Assembly: GCA_024235655.1 (NCBI GenBank) | Contig: JACKLY010000007.1 | Span: forward strand, 15,361 to 79,360 | Source of the DNA: Zoogloeaceae bacterium | GTDB taxonomy: Bacteria > Pseudomonadota > Gammaproteobacteria > Burkholderiales > Rhodocyclaceae | Reading direction: 5' to 3' | Length of the DNA: 64,000 nucleotides | Shown: piece by piece, positions 12,442-24,665 of the stretch | Position numbering within the stretch: position 1 is the first letter of the stretch | Layout of the letters: each line of letters opens with the position of its first letter | The notes under the pieces: generated by a model | The model's database searches: none | Told to the model about the DNA's origin: nothing | What the model saw: the letters and a program-made list of their open reading frames with translations, nothing else | Translations under genes and position numbers: made by a program

Positions 12442-13035
12442 ATGAGCCTGAAAACCACTTATGCATGGATTGCCCCGTTCTATGACACGGCACTCAACCG
12501 TGCCACGCGGGCGGCACGGCGCGCCAGCCTCGCCCACCTCCCCGAGAAGCCGGGCCGGGTTCTCATCAACGGCGTGGGTACCGGGCTGGATCTGCCAGAG
12601 CTACCTGGCCAGCACGACTACATTGGCCTGGACTTGACCCGTGGCATGTTGCTGCGCGCTTTGCCGCGCGCCGGCCACCTGCGCTTCTTGCCCATCCAGG
12701 GCGATGCCCAGCACCTGCCGTTCGCCGATGCCAGTGTCGACCATGCCGTATTGCACCTGATCCTTGCCGTGGTTCCAAACCCGAACGCCTGCCTCGCGGA
12801 AATTGCCCGTGTCGTCAAACCCGGCGGAACGGTACTGATCTTTGACAAATTCCTGAAACGCGGTCAACCCGCCCTGTTGCGACGACTGGCCAACCCGTTG
12901 GTACGTCGCATCGCGACGCGACTGGATGTGATTTTCGAGGACGTTCTCGGACAAGCCCCCGGATTGATACTGGAAAGCGACCAGCCGGCATTTGCTTCCG
13001 GCTGGTTCAGGTTGATACGGTTACGCCGTGAATAG
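12442..13035 (+). CDS. Class I SAM-dependent methyltransferase (PmtA-like phospholipid N-methyltransferase possible)
   Basis: Y..IAPFYD, GVGTG motif I, GDAQHLPF, EIARVVKPGG. Confidence 0.75.
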   Translation: MSLKTTYAWIAPFYDTALNRATRAARRASLAHLPEKPGRVLINGVGTGLDLPELPGQHDYIGLDLTRGMLLRALPRAGHLRFLPIQGDAQHLPFADASVDHAVLHLILAVVPNPNACLAEIARVVKPGGTVLIFDKFLKRGQPALLRRLANPLVRRIATRLDVIFEDVLGQAPGLILESDQPAFASGWFRLIRLRRE

Positions 13036-13071
13036 GCGCATGGACAGTGGGTGCGGCCTCAGAAAGCCAAG

Positions 13072-14136
13072 TCAGGATTCGGCTTTACCCAGACCATCCT
13101 CGATCCAGGCCTCAAGCAGGGTGTAGGTCACTGCCAGTACAACCGGGCCGATGAACAAACCCACCAGGCCAAAGCTGAGCAGACCGCCAATGACACCGGC
13201 AAAGATGAGCAGCAGCGGCAGATCGGCACCCTGTTTGATCAGGTAGGGCCGCAGGAAATTATCGAGCGAACCGACCACCAGGCTCCAGACCAGGAGAAAG
13301 GATGCCCAGCCATGCTCCCCACTCCAGTACATCCAGCCAACTGCCGGCAACAACACCAGCATCGGCCCGATCTGGGCAATACACAGCATGAGCATCAGCG
13401 CTGACAGAAACCCCGTGAAGGGCACACCGGCAATCAACAGACCCACGCCGCCAAGCAGGGTTTGGACGATGGCAGTGATCCCGACCCCCATCGCTACGCC
13501 GCGAATGGCCTGCCCCGCCAGGATGATCGAATTCTCCCCACGATCACCGGCCAATCGACGGCCAAAGCGCTGGAGCTGCCTCGCACCAACTTCACCGTGG
13601 CTGTACATGATGGCCGACAGCACCACGACAAGAAGGAACTGGATCAATAGAAAACCGACGCCTCCCGCTTCGGCCAGCAACCACTTCCCGGTTTTCGCGG
13701 CATACGGCTCGAGCTTGCCAAAAACCTCTTGCGACCCAGCCGCTGCAGTTTCCGCCCAGAGCGCCGTCAATTTTTCACCAACGAACGGAATACCTGCGAC
13801 GAATTCCGGCAGTGGCGGCAAGCCACTGGCAGCGAGAGCTTTGACCCACGAGGAAATCCGGCCGCTGTTCTCCACCAACGTATCTATTGCCGCCCAGAGC
13901 GGCACAACCAGCAGCAGCAGCAAGGCCAGCGTCATGATTGCCACGGCAGGCGTCCGCCGTCCGCCAAGACGCGCTTCAAGCCTTTTCAGCAGCGGCCAGG
14001 TCGAGACAACAAGCATGACGGCCCAGATTGTGGCCGCCAGAAATGGGCGCAGCACCCAGAAGGATGCACCTGCCAAGCCTGCCAGGCAGACGACAGCAAG
14101 AACCGTTCGGGACAAATCGTGTTTGATATCAGGCAT
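13072..14136 (-). CDS. ydiK: AI-2E family transporter YdiK
   Basis: Multi-TM; AIRGVAMGV, AQIGP, DNFLRP, GVIGGL.FG.VGLFIGPV. Confidence 0.88.
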   Translation of the reverse strand: MPDIKHDLSRTVLAVVCLAGLAGASFWVLRPFLAATIWAVMLVVSTWPLLKRLEARLGGRRTPAVAIMTLALLLLLVVPLWAAIDTLVENSGRISSWVKALAASGLPPLPEFVAGIPFVGEKLTALWAETAAAGSQEVFGKLEPYAAKTGKWLLAEAGGVGFLLIQFLLVVVLSAIMYSHGEVGARQLQRFGRRLAGDRGENSIILAGQAIRGVAMGVGITAIVQTLLGGVGLLIAGVPFTGFLSALMLMLCIAQIGPMLVLLPAVGWMYWSGEHGWASFLLVWSLVVGSLDNFLRPYLIKQGADLPLLLIFAGVIGGLLSFGLVGLFIGPVVLAVTYTLLEAWIEDGLGKAES

Positions 14137-14168
14137 ATTCACCAATCCGCGATCAAGAATGTCACCAA

Positions 14169-16580
14169 TCAGGATCGGCCAAGCTCTGCAAGCAAGGCCG
14201 CTTCAAATGCTCGGACTACAGAAACATCGCCGTCCGCCTGCCGAGCAGAATATCTGACCTTCTCTCGTTGCCGACTTCGCATTTCAGGGCTTTGCATGGC
14301 TTTCCCGACATCCGTAGCAAGTTGAACATATTCTTCTGGAGAGTGTGCAATGGTTTCCGGCAAGCCAATTTTCTTCAGCAATCCGGTCGCCAACCGTTGC
14401 CGCAGTTGCTCTCCTTCCAATGTTACGACGGGAATACCTTGATGTACGGCTTGCCATGCCGTGGTATAGCCAGAGAAAGCAGGACAATCGAGATAAACAT
14501 CGCAGACATTGAGCAGACCAAGAAAACGTCCCGCGTTTTGCCATGGCAAAACGACCAGTTGGTGATCGGGGTTTGCACCATGATCAACAAAACACTGTCG
14601 CAAACGATCAATGACAACCTCAGTAATCCAAGGAGCAACGGGATCCTGAAACAGGATAACAACACTTCCTGGTGTATTCGCTGCGATCTCCGCGATGAGT
14701 CGGTCATCCGCGGGGTCCAGCTTGATGGCACGCTGCGCAATTACAAATCGTGTTCGTTCATTGCCACCGATCAGCGGTAACAGATCATCTATCGAATCTG
14801 GGTGGTCTGCAGGCACATCAGTACAACAGCCCGTGCCTGGCAAAAGGATCAGGCGCTCACGATATGCTTCTTGCGCATTTTCAGGCTCAAGCAAGGCACC
14901 CGAAAAATACAAATCGATCGTAGGCAGACCAGTCGTCACAGGATGCCCCCACCCTGCAACCTGCAGTGGGGCCAAACGATGCGCGGCAAGCATATAGGAA
15001 AGAGACGACATACCCACTTCGGGATAAAAAATCACATCCGGGCAGTCCGCACGCACTGCAGCCAACCAGGCTTCCGGAGTACTCGTCGTTGCCCGATCCC
15101 GCCAGAGATCGCTCATTGCCCGCGCAGCTTCTGTCTCTTCATCAACGGAATTACCGAGATGATAGACCAGCAATTCAAAACGGGTTCGATCCAGATGGAT
15201 CAAGAGGCCACGAAGAACGACATCCCATACTGAATGACGACGCACGTGGTGGGAAATAACCAGCAAGCGGATGCGCGCCCTTGGCAAAGCGGGTGGTAAA
15301 TCTTGCGCTTCAAACAACTGACTGTAGACATCAGCAAAGCGTGATAGCAAGCGGCACAGATTTCCCTGCCTGTAGGCAAGCGCAAAGGGCATCGGCATTT
15401 CGGCCAGTTCCGCCACATCCGGCAGCCTTTTATCAGCTGCTTCCAGTGCCCCTGCAAGATGTTCGAGTGCTCGTGAAAAGCTTTCAGGAACGGCTTCCGA
15501 CGCCTGTTCGCTCTTCACCACAGATGGCAAGCTCAGCATCATCCGTGCAAATCTCAACCTTATGGATTCGGCATTGGAGAGAATCGCCTTATCCAGATAC
15601 CCTGCGGCATCATCGTCCAAGCCCAACACATGCAAGACATTACCCAGACGCTCAAGCAATACCGAATGATCAGGGTAAAGGCACAAGGCTGACCGATAAA
15701 CGGACTCAGCTTCAGAATACCTCCCCGACTCGTCCAGGATACGGCCTAAATTCAGCAGTACGTTTGTATTGCCTGGGGCAATTTTCAGCGCTTCACGAAA
15801 ATATCGCTCAGCTTCTGCCAGCAAGCCCAATTCCTGAAGCACGCACCCAAGGTTGTCATAGGCAGCTACAAAACCGGAATCCGCATTAATGGCATCAACA
15901 TAGGCAGCCCGCGCTTCTTCCAGCCGGTTCTGCTTGCGCAGTAAATTTCCCAGACAAAAGCACGCCAAAGCGAACGCCGGATCAATTTTCAATGCGCGTC
16001 GACACCAAGTTTCGGCTTCCTCAACCCCCCCCATTGCTCCAAGCACATCGGCGAATGAGACCAAGGCATCAACAAACTGAGGCTGTTCGCCAACCAAGGC
16101 ACGAAGTATCGTCGCGGATTTTTCGTATTCACCGGCAAGACGCCAGTTTTCTCCGAGATTGAATCGTGCGGCAAGACTATCCGGTTGCCTCGATAACGCC
16201 TTGGTAAATAGTGCTGCCGCAGAGATGAACTCACCTCGATTACGAAGTGCAACACCAAAACTGATATTTGCATCAACATCCAGAGGATCAAGCACGGTCG
16301 CCCGCTTCAGCGCCTCAAGGCCATCCTTCCCTTGCAATTCCTGAGATGTACCCAGAAGCGCCCAGAGAAAAGCAGATCCTCTATTGCCACTCAGCAAGCG
16401 AGTGAGCACTCCTTCCAATTCCGCGTGGCGCCCCTGTTGAAAGAGCGCAAGAAGAATGCTGCGATCAACAGCACCGCCCCTCTGCCCCTCCGGATGTCCA
16501 TCGGTTCCTGAATGCAGGCAGCATTGCTTGAATTTCCTGCCACTCCCGCAGGGGCAAGGATCATTCCGTCCAGTTGTCAT
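14169..16580 (-). CDS. SEC-C motif + TPR repeats + GT41 (OGT/SPINDLY-like) protein glycosyltransferase
   Basis: N-terminal [18 protein letters not shown]; several TPRs; RRHSVW, LAPLQVAGWGHPVTTGLPTID, AIKLDP, DVYLD..FSGYTT..A...GIPVVT. TGATG overlap with argJ. Confidence 0.88.
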   Translation of the reverse strand: MTTGRNDPCPCGSGRKFKQCCLHSGTDGHPEGQRGGAVDRSILLALFQQGRHAELEGVLTRLLSGNRGSAFLWALLGTSQELQGKDGLEALKRATVLDPLDVDANISFGVALRNRGEFISAAALFTKALSRQPDSLAARFNLGENWRLAGEYEKSATILRALVGEQPQFVDALVSFADVLGAMGGVEEAETWCRRALKIDPAFALACFCLGNLLRKQNRLEEARAAYVDAINADSGFVAAYDNLGCVLQELGLLAEAERYFREALKIAPGNTNVLLNLGRILDESGRYSEAESVYRSALCLYPDHSVLLERLGNVLHVLGLDDDAAGYLDKAILSNAESIRLRFARMMLSLPSVVKSEQASEAVPESFSRALEHLAGALEAADKRLPDVAELAEMPMPFALAYRQGNLCRLLSRFADVYSQLFEAQDLPPALPRARIRLLVISHHVRRHSVWDVVLRGLLIHLDRTRFELLVYHLGNSVDEETEAARAMSDLWRDRATTSTPEAWLAAVRADCPDVIFYPEVGMSSLSYMLAAHRLAPLQVAGWGHPVTTGLPTIDLYFSGALLEPENAQEAYRERLILLPGTGCCTDVPADHPDSIDDLLPLIGGNERTRFVIAQRAIKLDPADDRLIAEIAANTPGSVVILFQDPVAPWITEVVIDRLRQCFVDHGANPDHQLVVLPWQNAGRFLGLLNVCDVYLDCPAFSGYTTAWQAVHQGIPVVTLEGEQLRQRLATGLLKKIGLPETIAHSPEEYVQLATDVGKAMQSPEMRSRQREKVRYSARQADGDVSVVRAFEAALLAELGRS

Positions 16581-17818
16581 CAGCTCCGGTAATCCGCGTT
16601 GATCTTCACGTAGTCGTAGGAGAAATCGCAGGTATAGATATTCGCTGCAGCCGCGCCGCGGCCCAGGTCCACACGCACCGTAATCTCGGCAGACTTCATG
16701 ATGCGTGAGCCGTCTTCCTCACGGTAGCTGGCTGCCCGCCCTCCCTTTTCGGCAACCAGCACTTCGTCTCCTTCGCTCCCCAGCCAGACCCGGACCAGAT
16801 CGACATCCAGATCGACAATGCCGGCATAGCCAATGGCAGCGAGAATTCGGCCGAGATTGGGGTCGGAGGCAAAGAAGGCCGTTTTTACGAGAGGCGAGTG
16901 CCCGATGGCATAGCCGACTTTGCGACTTTCATCCCGATCCTTGCCACCACCGACGGCAACGGTGATGAATTTGGTCGCGCCTTCTCCATCGCGAACAATC
17001 GCCTGCGCCAGTTCACGAGCGACATCGACGATTGCCTGGCGCAGTTCAGCATAGCCAGCGTCAGCAGCATCGGCGAACAGCGCACCGGACTGCCCCGTGG
17101 CGATCATGACAAAGGAGTCGTTGGTCGACGTATCGCCATCGACCGTGATGCAGTTGAAGGATTCATCGGCGGCTTCCCTGACCAGTGCCGCCAGCAGTGG
17201 CTGGGCAATGCCGGCGTCGGTCGCCAGATAGCCGAGCATGGTCGCCATGTTCGGTTTGATCATGCCGGCGCCTTTGGAAATGCCGGTAATGGTCACCACC
17301 TTGCCGTTGATCTGGACACGACGCGAGGCTGCCTTGGCGATCGTATCGGTGGTCATGATGGCATGTGCGGTGGCGTGCCAGTTATCGGCCTTGAGATCGG
17401 CAGCGGCCGCTGGCAAGCCGGCAACCAGACGATCGACAGGCAGGGGCTCGAGAATGACCCCCGTGGAGAACGGCAATACCTGTGTATCGGCAATCCCGAG
17501 CACTTTACCGACTGCGGCACAGGTTTTCTGGGCGGCCTGCATACCCGGCTCACCCGTACCGGCATTGGCAACCCCTGTGTTGATCACCAGCGCACGGATT
17601 TCGTTGCCACCGGCAAGGTGACGACGACACACCTGAACGGGGGCAGCGCAGAAACGGTTTTCGGTAAATACACCGGCAACCGTGCAGCCAGCGTCCAGCG
17701 CCATCAGCGTCAGATCGCGGCGATTGGCCTTGCGGATACCGGCTTCAGCAACACCGAGGCGAACGCCGGCAACAGGAAAAAGAGCTTCGGGGGCGGGGGT
17801 AACGTAATTTACGGGCAT
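16580..17818 (-). CDS. argJ: Bifunctional ornithine acetyltransferase/N-acetylglutamate synthase
   Basis: [46 protein letters not shown]. Confidence 0.97.
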   Translation of the reverse strand: MPVNYVTPAPEALFPVAGVRLGVAEAGIRKANRRDLTLMALDAGCTVAGVFTENRFCAAPVQVCRRHLAGGNEIRALVINTGVANAGTGEPGMQAAQKTCAAVGKVLGIADTQVLPFSTGVILEPLPVDRLVAGLPAAAADLKADNWHATAHAIMTTDTIAKAASRRVQINGKVVTITGISKGAGMIKPNMATMLGYLATDAGIAQPLLAALVREAADESFNCITVDGDTSTNDSFVMIATGQSGALFADAADAGYAELRQAIVDVARELAQAIVRDGEGATKFITVAVGGGKDRDESRKVGYAIGHSPLVKTAFFASDPNLGRILAAIGYAGIVDLDVDLVRVWLGSEGDEVLVAEKGGRAASYREEDGSRIMKSAEITVRVDLGRGAAAANIYTCDFSYDYVKINADYRS

Positions 17819-17831
17819 ATGAGAACCTCAA

Positions 17832-17903
17832 ACTGCAGAGACACAGGGGCACAGAGAAAAACGAAACTGAATGCTTCTCTCTGTGCCCCTGTGCTTCTGT
17901 AGT
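17832..17903. repeat. Palindromic intergenic element with ~29-bp arms (REP/MITE-like)
   Basis: Left arm ACTGCAGAGACACAGGGGCACAGAGAAAA versus reverse complement of right arm ACTACAGAAGCACAGGGGCACAGAGAGAA. Confidence 0.7.
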
Positions 17904-17922
17904 AAATGGAGTTGTTAAACGT

Positions 17923-20640
<2,718 letters not shown>

Positions 20641-20742
20641 GATGGATACGACCAGAGTCGTGAATTCGGGAAAGGGCGGATTCTATCACGCCATCGGAAT
20701 GCGCCACCGGAGCAGACCGGACAAAAGGCGCTTGCTGACAAT

Positions 20743-21675
20743 CTATTTCCGGCGTTGCGGGATATGAGCGAACTGCTCACCCTGCTTGAGAAAGCGGGCA
20801 GGATTCTGGGCAACCCCGTTGAAGCGCACCTCAAAATGCAGGTGCGGGCCGGTCGAGCGCCCGGTATTGCCGGACAGGGCGATCTTCTGGCCACGTCGCA
20901 CAATTTGCCCTTCCTTGATCAGCATTTTCGACAGATGGGCATAACGGGTCGTGAAGTCATTACCATGATCAATTTCTATCAGATTGCCATACTGCGGATG
21001 TCGCTCAGCGCCCACGACCACACCGCCAGCAGCGGCAATCACAGGGGTTCCTTCCTCCGCAGCAAAATCGATCCCTTCGTGCATGGCGCCTGAACCCGCA
21101 ATCGGGTCGACGCGCCAGCCGAATCCGGAACCAATGTAATTACCCTCGATCGGTGTAATCGTGGGCAGCAGCGCGCGACGTATCTTTTCGTCAAGCAACT
21201 GGGATTCAAGGGCTGTCAGCGTATCGGCTCGGTGATCGAGATGCCGCGCCAGACGGTCAACAACCAGATCGAGTTCGGCAGGTGACGACGGCTGTGCAAG
21301 CAGCAAGGGGCCGCCCTGCCCACCCGCTCTCAGGTCAAGGGGACGATCCTGGGGTTTGATGCCGGCAAGACTGGACACCCGCTCACTGAGCGAATCGAGA
21401 CGGAGCAACTGTGCCTGCATCAAGCCCAGTTTGGTCGCCAGCGCATCCAGGTTGTCACGCATGTAGGTTTCACTGCGCTTCGTTTCGCTGCGATGCACCG
21501 TAAGCACCCAGTCTTCAAGAAATGGCAAGCGAAACTGAACCGACAGCCAGGACAACGCGGCTGAGACGGAAAACATCAAGACAAACAACATCACCAGCGC
21601 TGAGGCGACAAAGCGGGGAGTGACCACAAACGTCTTCGCGGTTGCCAGCCGGTTGGAGACCAGAATAATATGCAC
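20743..21675 (-). CDS. M23 family metallopeptidase with N-terminal TM and coiled coil
   Basis: GTG 21675 with SD AGGAGG; HEGID, YAHL, STGPHLHFE; usual position upstream of secA. Confidence 0.9.
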   Translation of the reverse strand: MHIILVSNRLATAKTFVVTPRFVASALVMLFVLMFSVSAALSWLSVQFRLPFLEDWVLTVHRSETKRSETYMRDNLDALATKLGLMQAQLLRLDSLSERVSSLAGIKPQDRPLDLRAGGQGGPLLLAQPSSPAELDLVVDRLARHLDHRADTLTALESQLLDEKIRRALLPTITPIEGNYIGSGFGWRVDPIAGSGAMHEGIDFAAEEGTPVIAAAGGVVVGAERHPQYGNLIEIDHGNDFTTRYAHLSKMLIKEGQIVRRGQKIALSGNTGRSTGPHLHFEVRFNGVAQNPARFLKQGEQFAHIPQRRK

Positions 21676-21705
21676 CGAATTCCTCCTGTACTGCGGATAA
21701 CCCTC

Positions 21706-22140
21706 TTGCCCCACTCCCTCGATGATTTCCTGCTTGGCAGCCAGGCTGCCGGCAACGTCATGGCACATGCCAGGCTGCTGCAAAAACTGGCTCACATCTA
21801 CCAGCAGGTGGCACCTGATTATCTGGGCCGGACCAGCCGGGTAGCCAATCTCAAATCGGGGACGGTTATTATCCACGCCGACAACGGCGCGGTTGCGGTC
21901 AAGCTACGGCAGATGGCACCGTCGCTTGCCAGCGAATTTGCTAAGCGGGGGTTTGAGTGTAACGGCGTACAGGTAAAAGTTCAAGCCATTGAAATTGCAG
22001 GCCATTCACCGGCCCCCATGGGGCATCAGCTACCCATGGCGGCGAGCAAAGCGCTGCTGGCACTGGCAGAAGAGTTACCGGCGTCGCCACTGCGGGAGGC
22101 CATTCAGACCCTCGTGGCACGTGCGGCTAAAGCGGAATGA
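21706..22140 (+). CDS. DciA/DUF721 family protein (start uncertain)
   Basis: Divergent from the M23 gene in the lpxC-DUF721-M23-secA synteny; motif I.ADNGAVAVKLRQM.P and C-terminal SPLREAI. TTG 21706 chosen to avoid overlap. Confidence 0.75.
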   Translation: MPHSLDDFLLGSQAAGNVMAHARLLQKLAHIYQQVAPDYLGRTSRVANLKSGTVIIHADNGAVAVKLRQMAPSLASEFAKRGFECNGVQVKVQAIEIAGHSPAPMGHQLPMAASKALLALAEELPASPLREAIQTLVARAAKAE

Positions 22141-22315
22141 CTGCCACCCGCTCCAGTATCAGCAAAGCAAAGACCAGCAAGGCAACAATCAGCGAATAGC
22201 GAAAAATACGCCAGGAAAAGTTGAGATATTTGGGGTTGCGTGTCAGCAGGTAGGCTGCGAAGCCTCCAGCAACGGAAAGTATGACAATGACAGCAAGGAA
22301 GCGCAGCATGAACAC
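22127..22315 (-). CDS. Small two-TM membrane protein
   Basis: Two hydrophobic helices separated by TRNPKYLNFSWR; co-oriented with and just downstream of lpxC; start 22315 (GTG) or 22309 (ATG). Confidence 0.65.
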   Translation of the reverse strand: MFMLRFLAVIVILSVAGGFAAYLLTRNPKYLNFSWRIFRYSLIVALLVFALLILERVAVIPL

Positions 22316-22354
22316 GGCAGGCGCCTTCCGATCAGTTGGTCAGACCCGGGACGA

Positions 22355-23275
22355 CTAGCCGGCAGCGTGTGCGGCCAGCCAACGTGAAACCCCGACTGGC
22401 GCCTGCTCGGCCTCTGTAAAGCTGACCATCTCCCAGGAGTCCTCCGCCTCAAGCAAAGCTCTCGCCAGCAGATTATTCAGCGCATGTCCTGACTTGTGCG
22501 CTGAAAATGCAGCCAGCAAGGGATGCCCAAGGAGATAGAGATCACCGATGGCGTCCAGCACCTTATGCTTGACGAATTCATCGCCATAGCGCAACCCGTC
22601 CGCGTTGAGTACGCGATACTCATCGAGCACCACAGCATTGTCCAGGCCGCCGCCCTGGGCCAAACCGTTTTCGCGCAGCCACTCAACCTCCTGCATGAAA
22701 CCGAAGGTACGGGCCCGCGACACTTCACGGATATAGGAATGATCAGCGAAATCGACGGTCACTTCCTGTCCGGTCCGGTTGATAGCCGGATGATTGAAGA
22801 CAATTGAAAAGGTCAGGCGATAGCCGTCATAAGGCGTGAATCGTGCCCACTTATCCCCGTCATGCACTTCGATCGGCTTGGTGACACGAATGAATTTCTT
22901 CGCCGCCGGCTGCTCTTCAATGCCGGCAGACTGGATCAGGAAGACGAAAGGCGCTGCACTGCCATCCAGAATCGGCACTTCAGCCGCATCCAGATCGACG
23001 TAGGCATTATCGATGCCCAGCCCGGCAAAGGCCGACATCAGGTGTTCAATGGTTCCGACTTTTACACCATCGCGCTCGAGGCATGAACACATGCGCGTAT
23101 CGCCAACCGCCAACGCAGAAGCGGGGAGATCCACCGGCACATCAAGGTCGATACGGCGGAAAACGATTCCGGTATCCGGCGCAGCAGGTCGAAGCACCAT
23201 GTTCACGCGTTCGCCGGAGTGCAAACCGACGCCAGTGGCGCGAATCAGCGATTTGAGGGTGCGTTGTTTGAGCAT
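22355..23275 (-). CDS. lpxC: UDP-3-O-acyl-N-acetylglucosamine deacetylase
   Basis: [42 protein letters not shown]. Confidence 0.98.
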   Translation of the reverse strand: MLKQRTLKSLIRATGVGLHSGERVNMVLRPAAPDTGIVFRRIDLDVPVDLPASALAVGDTRMCSCLERDGVKVGTIEHLMSAFAGLGIDNAYVDLDAAEVPILDGSAAPFVFLIQSAGIEEQPAAKKFIRVTKPIEVHDGDKWARFTPYDGYRLTFSIVFNHPAINRTGQEVTVDFADHSYIREVSRARTFGFMQEVEWLRENGLAQGGGLDNAVVLDEYRVLNADGLRYGDEFVKHKVLDAIGDLYLLGHPLLAAFSAHKSGHALNNLLARALLEAEDSWEMVSFTEAEQAPVGVSRWLAAHAAG

Positions 23276-23457
23276 GTATCTGAAAAATTTGGGAAAGCGG
23301 CGCATTTTAGCATGCGCCACCTTCCCTCAGCAGAGGTCATACCATTTATCTGTTACCAACAAACCAGCCTGTGACGCCTCGTCAGAATTAGAGGGCAACC
23401 CGCCTCCCCACCAAGAAAGGCGGGCTGCAATCCTGCACAAGAAGTCACCGCCGGCGT

Positions 23458-24633
23458 TCAGTCAGCCTGTTTGCGCAGAAAGGCCGGAATGTCATAACGA
23501 TCGACCCCGCTGTTAGCCAGGGCTTCGACCGTAGAACTACCGCGCTTCCTGACAATTGCCGGCACATTATCGAGCTGGCTGTAGTCAACCGAGGACATCA
23601 CTGCCGACATGTCGTGCGTACCAGTCGCCTGCACCACCGGTGTGTTGATCACTTCGAAGGTCTGGCGCTTGGCCTGTGCCTGCCCCAGACCGGTGGCAAC
23701 CACCGTCACCCGGATTTCCTCGCCCATCGCTTCGTCATAGACCGCACCAAAAATGATATGTGCGTCATCGGCGGCAAATTCGCGCACCGTATTCATGACC
23801 TCATTTACTTCCTTCATCTTCAGGCCGCGGGTGGCGGTAATATTGACCAGCACACCCTTGGCACCGGAGAGGTTGATACCCTCCAGCAGCGGCGAAGCAA
23901 CTGCCTGCTCTGCAGCGATGCGCGCACGATCGACACCGGCAGCCATGGCCGAGCCCATCATCGCCATGCCCATTTCGCCCATCACGGTGCGCACGTCTTC
24001 GAAGTCGACGTTGACCAGGCCGGGGAAGTTGATGATTTCGGCAATCCCGCCAACGGCATTGCGCAGCACATTGTCGGCCGCACGGAAAGCTTCATCCATC
24101 GAGACATCATCACCCAGCACTTCCATCAGCTTGTCGTTGAGGATGACGATCAGCGAATCGACCTGCTTCTGCAGCTCGGCCAGCCCCTGCTCGGCCACCT
24201 TCATGCGCTTGCCTTCAAAGCCGAACGGCTTGGTGACCACAGCCACGGTCAGGATGCCGAGTTCGCGTGCCACTTCAGCCACGATTGGCGCAGCACCGGT
24301 ACCGGTACCACCACCCATGCCAGCGGTGATGAAGACCATATGAGCACCTTTCAGTGCCTCGGCGATACGCTCGCGCTCCTCGATCGCTGCGGTACGGCCA
24401 GCTTCGGGCTTGGCACCGGCACCCAGCCCGCTCTTGCCGAGCTGCAGCTTGACGCTGGAACCACTGCGCTTCAAGGCCTGCGCATCAGTATTCGCCGTCA
24501 CGAATTCAACGCCATTGACGCGCTCACGGATCATGTGTTCAACCGCATTGCCGCCGGCACCGCCGACGCCAATCACCTTGATCACTGTGCCGCTATCATT
24601 GGTTACTTCTTCGACATCAATAATTTCAAACAT
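23458..24633 (-). CDS. ftsZ: Cell division GTPase FtsZ
   Basis: GVGGAGGN, GMGGGTGTG, NVDFEDV, C-terminal DIPAFLRKQAD; SD GGAGG. Confidence 0.99.
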   Translation of the reverse strand: MFEIIDVEEVTNDSGTVIKVIGVGGAGGNAVEHMIRERVNGVEFVTANTDAQALKRSGSSVKLQLGKSGLGAGAKPEAGRTAAIEERERIAEALKGAHMVFITAGMGGGTGTGAAPIVAEVARELGILTVAVVTKPFGFEGKRMKVAEQGLAELQKQVDSLIVILNDKLMEVLGDDVSMDEAFRAADNVLRNAVGGIAEIINFPGLVNVDFEDVRTVMGEMGMAMMGSAMAAGVDRARIAAEQAVASPLLEGINLSGAKGVLVNITATRGLKMKEVNEVMNTVREFAADDAHIIFGAVYDEAMGEEIRVTVVATGLGQAQAKRQTFEVINTPVVQATGTHDMSAVMSSVDYSQLDNVPAIVRKRGSSTVEALANSGVDRYDIPAFLRKQAD

Positions 24634-24665
24634 GGTGGGACCTCCTCTGCAAGAAAACGTAAAGA

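Noticed and set aside
21676-21876. Extended M23 peptidase N-terminus overlapping dciA
   Set aside because: A strong SD (AGGAGG) precedes GTG 21675; the extension is an ORF-caller artefact.
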